A DNA stretch of 63,690 nucleotides, the filler included, from Lenisia limosa (taxonomy: Eukaryota > Protista > Breviatea), in assembly GCA_001655205.1 (NCBI GenBank). It is 13 parts of 13 records of this genome, joined end to end, with 100 filler letters (N's around TTAATTAATTAA, not from the genome) between each part and the next. Parts side by side here need not be neighbours in the genome. Positions count along the whole stretch, not along the records: positions 17,624 to 18,860 come from LPNZ01007504.1; positions 18,961 to 24,341 come from LPNZ01006300.1; positions 24,442 to 26,961 come from LPNZ01001829.1; positions 27,062 to 42,468 come from LPNZ01011542.1; 9 more parts are not named here. One strand, 5' to 3'. This document shows positions 17,524 through 27,949 of the stretch, one piece after another. Under the pieces are notes generated by a model that was not told the DNA's origin, ran no database searches, and saw only the letters and a list, made by a program, of their open reading frames with translations. Made by a program: the position numbers and the translations under genes. How positions within the stretch are numbered: position 1 is the stretch's first letter; each line of letters begins with the position of its first letter.

Positions 17524-17623
17524 NNNNNNNNNNNNNNNNNNNNNNNNNNNNNNNNNNNNNNNNNNNNTTAATTAATTAANNNNNNNNNNNNNNNNNNNNN
17601 NNNNNNNNNNNNNNNNNNNNNNN
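17524..17623. other. Artificial contig-joining spacer (~44 N + TTAATTAATTAA + ~44 N); also at ~18905, 24386, 27006, 42513, 44131, 48398, 53735, 55681, 57184, 59693, 61274
   Basis: Identical 12-mer centred in ~100-bp N blocks. It places stop codons in all six frames, and genes are cut at these points. Confidence 0.95.
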
Positions 17624-18455
17624 CCTGGCTACTTTGGATCGTGGGGGATGGGGTAATTAGGGCTTCCTTACAGTCCCAAAACAAGACTGAATTTTTCTAA
17701 AAATCCTCGATATTTTACCGGTCTTTTTTGGACCGTAGGAAAGCACTAGTTATAATAAATAAATCACAATGCTTCAAGAGAGGCACTACAGGACCAATAC
17801 CTATACCCTGTTTTATTACCTGGAAGTCGTTCTATCCCCCTGACCGCACGATGGTATTCAGTGCTGCAGAAGTGACTGGCCTGGGTTTTGTTTGTTTTGC
17901 TGTTATCAACCCTTGAGTGTTGTCAGCCAACAGAGTTGATTCAGAGTTGATTTGGGCTNNNNNNNNNNNNNNNNNNNNNNNNNNNNNNNNNNNNNNNNNN
18001 NNNNNNNNNNNNNNNNNNNNNNNNNNNNNNNNNNNNNNNNNNNNNNNNNNNNNNNNNNNNNNNNNNNNNNNNNNNNNNNNNNNNNNNNNNNNNNNNNNNN
18101 NNNNNNNNNNNNNNNNNNNNNNNNNNNNNNNNNNNNNNNNNNNNATAAATCCAACAATCGACTCTGTTGGCAACATTTGTGAAGCGAAGGGGGTGATCTG
18201 GCCTGCGGACTGAAGTGAAATTATTTTTGAAGAATTGAACAGAGATGTGGGTTTTCCGGTTCTTGTTTGACGTGATATTTGAGTGTCAAGATTTGTTGTG
18301 TTTTATTCCATTGTCAATCCGAACATCGCATGTCTTGTGTTGTGTTATCAATCCGAACATCGCATGACCTAGAGGAACTAGTCAACTGCGCGCGGACGTG
18401 ATAATATGAATAGCATCCTTGTGATCTTCAGCAATTCATGCCATTCACGCTATCA

Positions 18456-18561
18456 GGGAGGAAGCAGCCTTGCGCAGACGCGAAGAACTTGAGCGTCAGC
18501 AGGAGGAGCTGGAACGTCAGCAGCGCGAGGAGGAGGAGGCCGAGGCTCAGCTGCAACAAGA
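18456..18561 (+). CDS. Isolated coiled-coil exon (EEAALRRREELERQQEELERQQREEEEAEAQLQQE)
   Basis: Open E/Q/R-rich frame bounded by cag| and |gtggg. The rest of the gene is not identifiable on this short contig. Confidence 0.55.
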
Positions 18562-18960
18562 GGTGGGTGGAGATCTTTGCCGAGGATTTATCGATATGTT
18601 CAGCTTTTTGGAGCTGACTTGGTGAGATTTATTGCAATTGGTACGAAGAGCCCCCCTACCCCTCTTGTATCTTCTCATTTAAACTTGGGGTTATTTTTTG
18701 TTATTAATGCGGTGCTGTTATTAATGCGGTGCTGTCATAAATGTTCCACTTTACTGGGATGTGGTGCTGTAGAAGCGAATGGCCTGGGCTTTATTTGTTT
18801 TGTCAGCCAATAGAGTTGATTTTGAGCATTTTTTTGTTTCATAAATTGTCCAATTTTACCNNNNNNNNNNNNNNNNNNNNNNNNNNNNNNNNNNNNNNNN
18901 NNNNTTAATTAATTAANNNNNNNNNNNNNNNNNNNNNNNNNNNNNNNNNNNNNNNNNNNN

Positions 18961-21311
18961 AGAGCACCAGCGTCCGAGGGAAGGGTCAGGTCAACAACCA
19001 GTAAAGTGGCTGAAATGGTTGTGGCGTTTCCGGCCGAAATGTGCGCGACCAAGCCAGCAGCTGGGGTGTAAAGCGCAGTAAATTTAGATGAAGAATAATG
19101 CTTGAAGCAAGCAAAAAACAAAAAACAAACAAACAAACCCAGAATCAACTCTGCTGGCTAGCAATTAAGCACAAACGGGTTATAACAAAAGAAAGGGGGG
19201 GGGGGGCAAGAANNNNNNNNNNNNNNNNNNNNNNNNNNNNNNNNNNNNNNNNNNNNNNNNNNNNNNNNNNNNNNNNNNNNNNNNNNNNNNNNNNNNNNNN
19301 NCAAGAGGGGCAGAAAGTACTACGTAACCAGCAAGACCGCCTGAGAGTGCGGAAGGACCGGCTGAATTGACAGAAATGTCGGAATGAGTCACGGATAATT
19401 GGCCGCTTAAAGAACCGACAATTCCTCCGAGATTGTTCTAGAACATGAAGGAGACAAAATATTCGGCATAGTGCCATTAATTTTTTGAGAAAATTAATTG
19501 ACAAAATTTACAATTAAAGTGTCTGAAATAGGATTCTGGTTACACTATGTCCCACTTCAAATTTTGCAATTATTGGAGCCCAACAAAATATGATGGATTG
19601 TTGTCTGATGTATTCCGACTCTGTGCAATAACTTGCGAAATTGATTGTGATATATCGAAAGAGATTCATTTCGGTTCGAAGAATATTGGTAAAGTATCGA
19701 TACTTTTTGACAATTTATCGATATTGGAACCAGAACCCCTTTTCACAAAAATTTCGATCAAAATACCAAATAGGTTCCCTCAAACTCTATTCTTGGTAGA
19801 AGCTACACTCGACATTTTGCAGTTCGTCACACTGAGACTTGTGGATACAGCTGAACCAAGAACCGCTCCGAACGAATTATCGCCGAAACGAAGGGAAGTT
19901 GTGGAAGAAATCTAAACAATTAAAACAAATCAAAGAGAAAAATCATTAAAACAAAATGCCAAACAAACTCATTTATTGAAGTACCTTCTATCAAAAAGTT
20001 GTGTGATGAAAACTCAGAGACACATATGTATATACAATACGTGTAGCATATATTAGTTATTACATACATATATCCTACAATTAGGGCTTCACTTTAGTTT
20101 TAAAAAAGACTGAATTTCTCGATAAACCTTCGAAGGCTATCGATATTTTCCAGTTTTTTTGAACCGAAGTGAAGCCCTACCTACGCTGCCTAATATCATA
20201 TCATATGTACTATATGGACTTGGATGGAATCTAAGATATAAATCATAAAACCAAATGCCAAAACAACAGAATATTTGTTTGACAAAGAAATGCATGCATA
20301 CCTCCGAATCCATGATGTCGACAGAAGAGCCCTCAACAACCGCTGATACGGCACCTTGATTGAGAGCAACATCGGTAGTCACGCTGATAACCGAGGTGGA
20401 AATGCTTATGTCACTGATGATTGTTTTGACAGAAATAGCAGCAGTGTTGGCATAGTTCAGTGACGATGACGTGGCAGAAATGATGGAGTCGGCTATAGTA
20501 ATGCTCGAACCAGATGTGGTCAGAGCAACTGCCGAAATTCCAGAACCAGTACCGTTTTGAACGACCACTAGCTCCGAGCCAGAAATATCCACGGAAGACC
20601 CGGAAGTTAACCGGTTCGCCAGGCCGGAAATAGGCCGCGATCCGGTCTGGCCTGAAACGATGACTTGGCAATCAGTCATCACAACAGAGCCACTAACGGA
20701 GCCGACAAGACCGGAAAACAGAGAAGTCGGCAAAATGATAGACGACGCAATGTTTACGTTGAGCGTAACGTTTTTGAGTGTGAGTGTGGAACCAGCGGAG
20801 AGTGTTTGCACCAGACCCACGCAAGTTGGTGCGCCAGCGCAAGATAGATCAAGATCAACTTCGACATTCTCAATGGTGACGTCAAAGCCGTTAGAATTCA
20901 GGATAAATGGCTCTGAGCGGGTCATTGAAATGATGTGGCCGTTGCCATCAAGTCGGAAGTTGCCAGTTAGACTGGCCGAAGATACGGGTAAATTACCGCA
21001 TTCCAAGTCTTCAGATAAAGTCGTGTCGGACGAAGCGGCGATTAGGCCCTGAGAAACCACGGTTAGAACCGAGGAGAGTCCGATTTTTTCATCCTTGAGA
21101 GCCCAGAGAACTTCACTGGACCCACACTGTGTCACACCGCCTGAAATTTCGAAGTCCAGAGCACCCGGGGCGGCGTAATACGGAACTTCCGAGATCACCA
21201 GATCGGCTGAAATGTCCTTAATTTGTACGGACGCGGAGAAGTCAAGAATGGCGACAACGAACGCGTCTTGCTCCTGGTCAATTCCGCTGTGGGGGTTAAT
21301 TGCGGGAGAGT

Positions 21312-21342
<31 letters not shown>

Positions 21343-23560
21343 CGCGAGAGAGAGAGTTAAACGAAGGAAATTTCCATGGAGAATATTGGCGTAAAGGTAC
21401 TAATCACGAACCGAATAATCTGAAACTCCAACCAACGCTAAAACTAGACAAAAGCCAGATGACAAAAACACAAACACTACAAAAACAAGTAAAATAGGAA
21501 AAATTATGAAGTAAAAAAGCCCGAATCAACTCTGTTGGCTGACAACACACAAGGGTTGATGACAACAAAACAAACAAAGCCAGATCAGTCGCTTCTGCAG
21601 CACNNNNNNNNNNNNNNNNNNNNNNNNNNNNNNNNNNNNNNNNNNNNNNNNNNTGTGACTAGGACAATTAAATATTAAAGTGTTGTGGAGGGGGTTTCAG
21701 GAAAAATAAATATATTTTACCCCATTGTTTTTATAGAACGATTAAGGCTTTCCTAAGGTCCCAACAATACCGGTAAAATATCGATATTTATCGAGGATTT
21801 ATCGAGAAATTCAGTATTTTTATTAGGAGCACAGCCCTAATTATGACCCCCCCCCCCTCACGATAATTTGACATTGACCGGCCCGGAGGTAACATCAATG
21901 GGATCGAGTTCGCTCGCAATTGGAGCCACATTAGTTACACTAACTACATGCTCCTTTCCAGCCTGAATGGAGGGTAAGAGAGGGTAGCAGCCAAACAGAA
22001 GCAAAACAAAAACTAAACTTGATGTAAGTTTGAGAAAAACACAATTTGGTTAAAGGCTTGTAATAATCACGATAGACAGGTTATATTTTGAATGACTGAT
22101 GAACGAATGCTAAGAAATTCAGTGACCGGGGTAAGTCTTGACCGATTTTCCTTGGGAAATCACATAGCGAATCGGTCAAGACTTATCCCGGCCACTGTAT
22201 ATCACATAGCAAATCGGTCAAGACTTATACCAGCCACTGTATATCACATTGCAAATCAGTCAAGGCTTATCCCGGTCACTGCATGAATAATTAAGAGGAA
22301 AAAGGAGACCCTCCCTCACCACTTGAATCTACATTTCCCCGACCTGGCCCCAATATCAAACCTGAATAAGGAAGTTCCTCATGCGGACAGCCACGCGGGC
22401 CGGGCCGGTTTCAACCGCACTAGCCAGCCAGTAGCAGATATGTGACGTGGGGGTGCAAATTGCACTTCCTTCAATGGTGGTGTTCGTTCTAAGGGGATGG
22501 GGTAAAAGGGAAAAGTTATGAAATAAGAAGGCTGAGCTAAGTCAGGTGGCTAGCAACTAGAGCTTCACTTAGGTTCAAAAAAAGACTGAATTTTTCGATA
22601 AATCTTGGAAAATTATCGATATTTTACCGGTATTTTTCGAACCGAAGTGAAGCCCAAATTAGAACATTTATGAAGCAAACAAACAAGAAAAAGAAGCCCC
22701 AAATCAGGCGAAGGGGAAAAAAGAGTAATTTTTAATACAGTGACCGGGATTTGTCTTGACTGACTGTGATTTCCCAAGGAAAATCGGTCAAGACTTATCC
22801 TGATCACTGTAAATTACTGTTTTACTTAAAGATTGCAGCCCACTTCGTGAAGGTGACAAGCACATTGAAGTTTTTAGCTGAAACTTGGCTGTCCTCCTGA
22901 GTAACAAGGTTACCCATGCTGTCCATCAAAGTGATTGCACCGGTCATGGTATCTCCAAGGGAAAACACTGTTGTCGTAGGGGTGTGCTTGGTTTGGACGG
23001 GAGAGGCTCGTCCTATGGGGATAAAATGAAATGATATACACTTCGGTTCGAAATCGTCGAAAACTATCGATATTTTACAGGTCTTTTTCAAACCGAAGCC
23101 CTAACAATATCCATGCATATTGCATATTGCCCCCCCTCCCCCTACCTGGAGTAAGCGTGATGGGAATTTGAGAGGATCCGGATGTGGCCGACCCGACCCG
23201 GGTAACGCTAATTACTCCGCTGCCAGTCTGGGGGGGGGGGGATGAGTAAAACGAAGGAGATTTCGATGAAGAATATTGGCGTAAAGGTACTCCCCACGAA
23301 CCGAATAATCTGAAACTCCAAACAAACAAAAATCGCAAAACAAACAAGAACAACCAACGCTAAAATTTATGAACAAAACAGCCCAAAATATGATAAAATA
23401 TCATATGCTAAAAAAAACGACCCTTCCCCACCTTTTTGGGCCAGAAGAGGAACTCAACGTATTCTGGACAAATCGCAACGGATTTTCCGGGCATAACGAA
23501 CTCGGATTCGCAAGTGACGCCCCCGTGGTAGTTGTTGCAGTCGTTAACACCTAGGAAGAT
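18961..23560 (-). CDS. Large putative surface protein fragment: Ig/filamin-like segment followed by a GLUG-like beta-helix
   Basis: A ~1-kb exon (~20300-21288) contains GNFRLDGNGHIIS, CVGLVQTL, FSGLVGSVSG and ISGLANRL. Further exons: ISSTTSLRFGDNSFGAVLG, AAGLVAHISAGN, and upstream SQIPITLTPG|RASP...TLMDSMGN. Ser/Thr-rich; both ends are missing. Confidence 0.65.
20082..20179. mobile_element. MITE-like family B (~100 bp, TIR TAGGGCTTCACTTCGGTTCGAAAAA); other copies near 17140, 17658, 21743, 22558, 23040, 24270, 43327, 43820, 44770, 51095, 55880, 59066
   Basis: TAGGGCTTCAC...GTGAAGCCCTA terminal inverted repeats around an internal ATCGAT-containing core. A second subfamily has GGGCTTTCCTACGGTCC ends. 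Confidence 0.85.
21308..21357. repeat. (GA)n microsatellite
   Basis: Directly visible; forms the pyrimidine tract of a minus-strand intron. Confidence 0.9.
22738..22809. mobile_element. Tc1/mariner-type MITE family C (TA|CAGTGACCGGGAT...ATCCCGGTCACTG|TA); other copies at 22120-22281, 23645-23801, 37800-37866, 52576-52656
   Basis: ~28-bp inverted repeats beginning CAGTG, flanked by TA on both sides at 22736/22810 and 52574/52657. The 22120 copy has three ~42-bp internal tandem units. Confidence 0.8.
23229..23370 (-). repeat. Repeat family D (no TIR); other copies near 21360-21470, 60170-60240 and 53791 (partial)
   Basis: Shared plus-strand core GGAAATTTCGATGAAGAATATTGGCGTAAAGGTAC...CACGAACCGAATAATCTGAAACTCC. 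Confidence 0.8.
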
Positions 23561-24545
23561 AAGAACCTAACACCTACCATCCGCATAGATCTGAGGCCCT
23601 ATAATATACTGTAGCCATGATAATAAGACTTCACCGATATACTATGGTTTCCCAAGGAAAACAGATCGAGACTATCCCGATCACTGTATATACTGACCTT
23701 GATAAGTCTTGACCAATTTAATCACAGAGCAAATCGGCCAAGACTTATCCCGGTCATTGTATATCACAGAGCAAGTTGGTCAAGACGTATCCCCGTCACT
23801 TGCATATGTATAAACGCCCACCATCATCATTGCTGTCGATATCAAATGAGCCGCACCCCGAAGTTCCCGGGGTAATTTTGAGGCGGTCGTTGGGGCACTG
23901 GNNNNNNNNNNNNNNNNNNNNNNNNNNNNNNNNNNNNNNNNNNNNNNNNNNNNNNNNNNNNNNNNNNNNNNNNNNNNNNNNNNNNNNNNNNNNNNNNNNN
24001 NNNNNNNNNNNNNNNNNNNNNNNNNNNNNNNNNNNNNNNNNNNNNNNNNNNNNNNNNNNNNNNNNNNNNNNNNNNNNNNNNNNNNNNNNNNNNNNNNNNN
24101 NNNNNNNNNNNNNNNNNNNNNNNNNNNNNNNNNNNNNNNNNNNNNNNNNNNNNNNNNNNNNNNNNNNNNNNNNCCTTACCTCGGCAATACCGCATCCACA
24201 GAAGCCTTCAAGATGGTCTTGTTGACTGCCTAATACGATGAATCAGAAATCTGGTGTTTTGCAATGCGGTTCAAAAAGACTGAATTTCTCGAAAAATCTT
24301 CGATAAATATTAATATTTCACCATATATACAGGAGTTATACNNNNNNNNNNNNNNNNNNNNNNNNNNNNNNNNNNNNNNNNNNNNTTAATTAATTAANNN
24401 NNNNNNNNNNNNNNNNNNNNNNNNNNNNNNNNNNNNNNNNNCCCCCCCCCCCGTCCAGAATTCTCTAAATATAAACCCCCTTACGCCATCATTGCCTCTA
24501 TAATTACTATTTCAATATTCATGGGTATCATAATAATACAATTAC

Positions 24546-24663
24546 TAGAGCTCCGTGCAATTAATTTAAAAAGGAATTTCAAAATTTGAAGTTGGGCATA
24601 TTGTTACCAGAACCCTATTCCAGACACTTCAATTCCTCAAAAAAATAATTGTACGGAGTCATA
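24546..24663. mobile_element. MITE-like family E (TAGRGCTCCGTGCAA...TTGCACGGAGCCCTA); other copies at 52292-52424 and ~19465-19580
   Basis: Shared core AAAGTGTCTGGAATAGGGTTCT.GT.ACAATATG plus degenerate TAGGG/CCCTA-type termini. Confidence 0.7.
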
Positions 24664-24685
24664 ATAATTCCCAGTCACGCCAGCC

Positions 24686-26735
24686 CTACGCCAGCATTGC
24701 AGGTGTTTCGTTAAGGTCAGTGACATCCTTAGGGTCGGCCTAGGGGGGAGGGAAGAGAGTGAATGGTGATGTAGGTGTATTGAGGGGGTAAGACGACCCA
24801 CGGGGGAGGGAGTTGAGATATCTCGCCTTATATATAATTAACACCCACCCACCCCTAGATAAAAAATAATAAAAATAATGATAAATAATCATATAGAAAT
24901 AATAAATAAAACACAAAAACAACAACAACCCCTCATACCCCGGCCTTGATCAGGGTCTCAATCGTCTTGATATGTCCGGCAGCAGCGGCAAGATGGAGGG
25001 CGGTTCGACCAAAGTGGTCACGTGACGATATGTCTAGGCTAGGGGGGGGGGGATAAAATCAGAGGGGATGATATGCGTTTGATAAAAGTGCAAATGAACC
25101 CCCTCCATTTGCACATTTACTCCCCCAAAAGGATAATATGTCAAGGCTGGTGATAAGGGGGGGTGGATGGTATGCCGGAGGGGGAGTATAACTGGAAAAT
25201 ACAGTATATATTAACAAAAGCCCAAAATCCTGTTGGCTTGACACACCAGGGCGGAAAACAACAACAAAAAAAAAGCAAAACGGATTTTAGGCGTGAGGTT
25301 ACGCTCCAGCAGTTCATTGCCAAGGTCATCGCCATGTGGAACTGGCTCGGAAGCCGAATGGTGTGTTGTGATAATTTACACCATAGGAGCACAACAGCTT
25401 ATTTTTGAGTGCAAAGCTAGAGACAGCTGCTGGGGGTGTGGTGGCGAGGTTTGGTATATTTGCGTGAGGAATTAAAAGTTTATACAAAGACAAGAAGACC
25501 AATAGGATAAGGGTATATGAGGACAAGTTCACCAGGACCGGATTGGTGTAACACAAATGAATTCAGCCTGGCAAACTATCCATCATTTGCAAAGCAATGC
25601 GGAAAACAAAAATTGTACCTTTGTGATACGGAAGAGTTTGTCGATTCTATGTGATGAAAAGTTGACGCGTGCACAAAGAGCAGAGTTTGTAAGAACCAAA
25701 GCTTGTGATATGTGATCAGTAACTATTTCTTTTCACCTATAGACAACTTTCCGTACACAATTGACCAGAGACTGACAGGTGGTCCTCTTCCATACTTCTT
25801 CTGATGTCGGTTCCGTATATCGGTTATTTCCAGGTGCGTGAATAGTTAAATGAATGGATCAATTGTGATTACTGAACCGACTAGCGCTGTTAGTTTGCAA
25901 AGTGCTTCATCACTCGTAAAATTGCGTGGAATGAAGCTGTTTTAGGTCTTTCTTCTTCCGTTAAGTTGAAATTGTTTTCATTGTTTAGGTTTGTGTTGAT
26001 GTGGATAGTATTGAGACCCGGGACCCTACAGATAACGTATCCTTCAAACTTATCTCCACACGGAGAAACGTTGTCATTGATAACCGCCGTAAATACCCTC
26101 TGCTAGTTATTAAGTGCAAAAAAAGAGTGCGATCCCATCATCATCATCATCATCATCATCACCACCGTCAAAAAACAATATCATATATAGTATACCCATT
26201 ATCATCATCACCACCACCAACATCATCAATGACCATTATCATAAATACACCTCCCACCCCAATTTCAAGAGGGAAGCAAGGCAAGTCGCCTGTCCGCCCA
26301 GTGCCGCATAGTGTCCACAAGTTTGCCCGTGAGAATCTGGCCAAAATCAGGAATTAGCACTGTATGTTATCATATGTATGAGATTATAAACATATCATTT
26401 CAAAAGCATTGGAATGTGTTAAATTAATAAATAAGGTATTAGCACTACTATCTGTTATCTATTTGTCATTTCAATCAAAAGCATGTTTGACTGAAGAATC
26501 TGGGTAAGTATTAGTACGAGGAAAACTGAGCAAAATTCGGATGGTGAACTTAAATCTGTTTCAAGTACGTTTACAAATGGAATTGAATTTATAAGATTAA
26601 TCAATTCAAAAGCAAGTGTGCCCATCTGCCGCTTATCTTTTCAGAGATACACTCCTCCCACCTTTCTCATGGATATCCACTTTGAGGGTACGGACAAAGA
26701 ACAAACATGCTGCCACACTGCCATGTAGGGCGGCC
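24686..26735 (-). CDS. Ankyrin-repeat protein, partial (3' part)
   Basis: Exons AALHGSVAACLFFVRTLKVDIHEK|DSHGQTCGHYAALGGQATCLASLLKLG and ISSRDHFGRTALHLAAAAGHIKTIETLIKAG|ADPKDVTDLNETPAMLA* match the ankyrin consensus. Middle exons are unresolved. Confidence 0.85.
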
Positions 26736-27163
26736 TAGGGGAGTGAGAGTAAGGGTAGAGGGAATGTATGCTGGTGTTGCACCCTGGTGGACATATGAAT
26801 CATACTTTGTGGGGGGAATAATTGGTAAATCTATTAAACAAAAAAAAGAAGGCAATTAACTCTGTTGGCTAGCGACACACGAGGGTTGAGATCAACAAAA
26901 CAATCAAAACCCAGGCCAGTCGCTTCTGCAGCACCCCATGAAATGGAATATATCTGAAACANNNNNNNNNNNNNNNNNNNNNNNNNNNNNNNNNNNNNNN
27001 NNNNNTTAATTAATTAANNNNNNNNNNNNNNNNNNNNNNNNNNNNNNNNNNNNNNNNNNNNTTGTATGGTGTACTAGTAGTATTTTTTTTAAAAAAAGGA
27101 TACAGCATGACTGAGTGTGTGCTATGAAAAATACAAGAAGTCAGAAGTTTAAAACCTGCATAC

Positions 27164-27629
27164 CATTATGCCGCTGAGCCGGTGGCTGTGGAAGAGCCTT
27201 CTTGCTCCTGGCTTTTTGGACCGTTATCGTTTGTGGGGCGGCAGGTAACGGTGTGGCCTTGACTTTGGCCGCAGCAGGCTCGTGGGTCTTCAGAATGCCG
27301 TCTCCTTGCCATCCATCATCAGGATGGTAGTGGTCTCCCTCAGCTGACCAGCCTCGATCCGGTCTCGACTGTCGTCCTGTGGCGGTCCAGCCGCTGTCCT
27401 GACTTGTCTGCCGCTTTCCTTCCGCAGTCCATCCAGCCTGGGCCTGTTGCCGCGTTCCACTTCCAATCCATCCACTTTGTCCTGTTTGTTTATCCCCAGT
27501 GGCTCTCCAGCCTTGGGTGTTTTGTACTGCCTTTGTGTGCTCAAGGAAATCTTCGAAGCTTTCCTCCATTGGGTTATAAGCAACTGTTTTGGAGGTGATT
27601 TGACATTGAGGAAAGGCAACTCTTTCAAA
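27164..27629 (-). CDS. Exon of a hypothetical protein with six GW-anchored ~13-aa repeats
   Basis: tag|FERVAFPQ...QGWRATGDKQTGQ SGWIGSGTRQQAQ AGWTAEGKRQTSQD SGWTATGRQSRPD RGWSAEGDHYHPD DGWQGDG...HN|gtatg. Confidence 0.7.
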
Positions 27630-27949
27630 CTACTCTTATTCTATGTGTTTATCTACATATCTTTGAGAGTTGAATAGATGCAGAGGAGAAGAATGGTGGT
27701 TTTTGCCAAATTTTTGCAGGATATATATAAACACAACCCTGCCGTGTACACTTATAAATCCAAAATAAATCACCAAAAACGTTAATATGACAAACTTTAG
27801 CGATAGCAGTTTGATTGAGTATATTTAAAGATAAAAGTGGTATGCTTCCTTCACAGCAGGTCATTAACGCTGGACATAATCTTGAAGAAGCACGCCTTCT
27901 TCCAAGTATGGAGTGCTGACCATGTTATTTTATCTTCTTAGAAACAACC

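Noticed and set aside
19547-21052. Plus-strand ORFs 19547-19915 and 20660-21052, and the poly-K ORF 54890-55129
   Set aside because: Antisense shadows of real exons or microsatellite translations.
25290-26357. Apparent plus-strand gene nested in the ankyrin locus (REVTLQQFIAKVIAMWNW..., poly-His ORF 26001-26357)
   Set aside because: The 26260-26330 segment is a clear ankyrin exon on the minus strand and the poly-His is a (CAT)n intron microsatellite. The remaining plus frames have no recognisable product. Not fully excluded without RNA data.
26735-26785. GATPAYI + AALHG suggesting a 28-nt non-GT intron in the ankyrin gene
   Set aside because: It would need a CC donor. The tract is equally explained as the pyrimidine tract of a longer canonical intron, and the upstream exon may lie in the gap.
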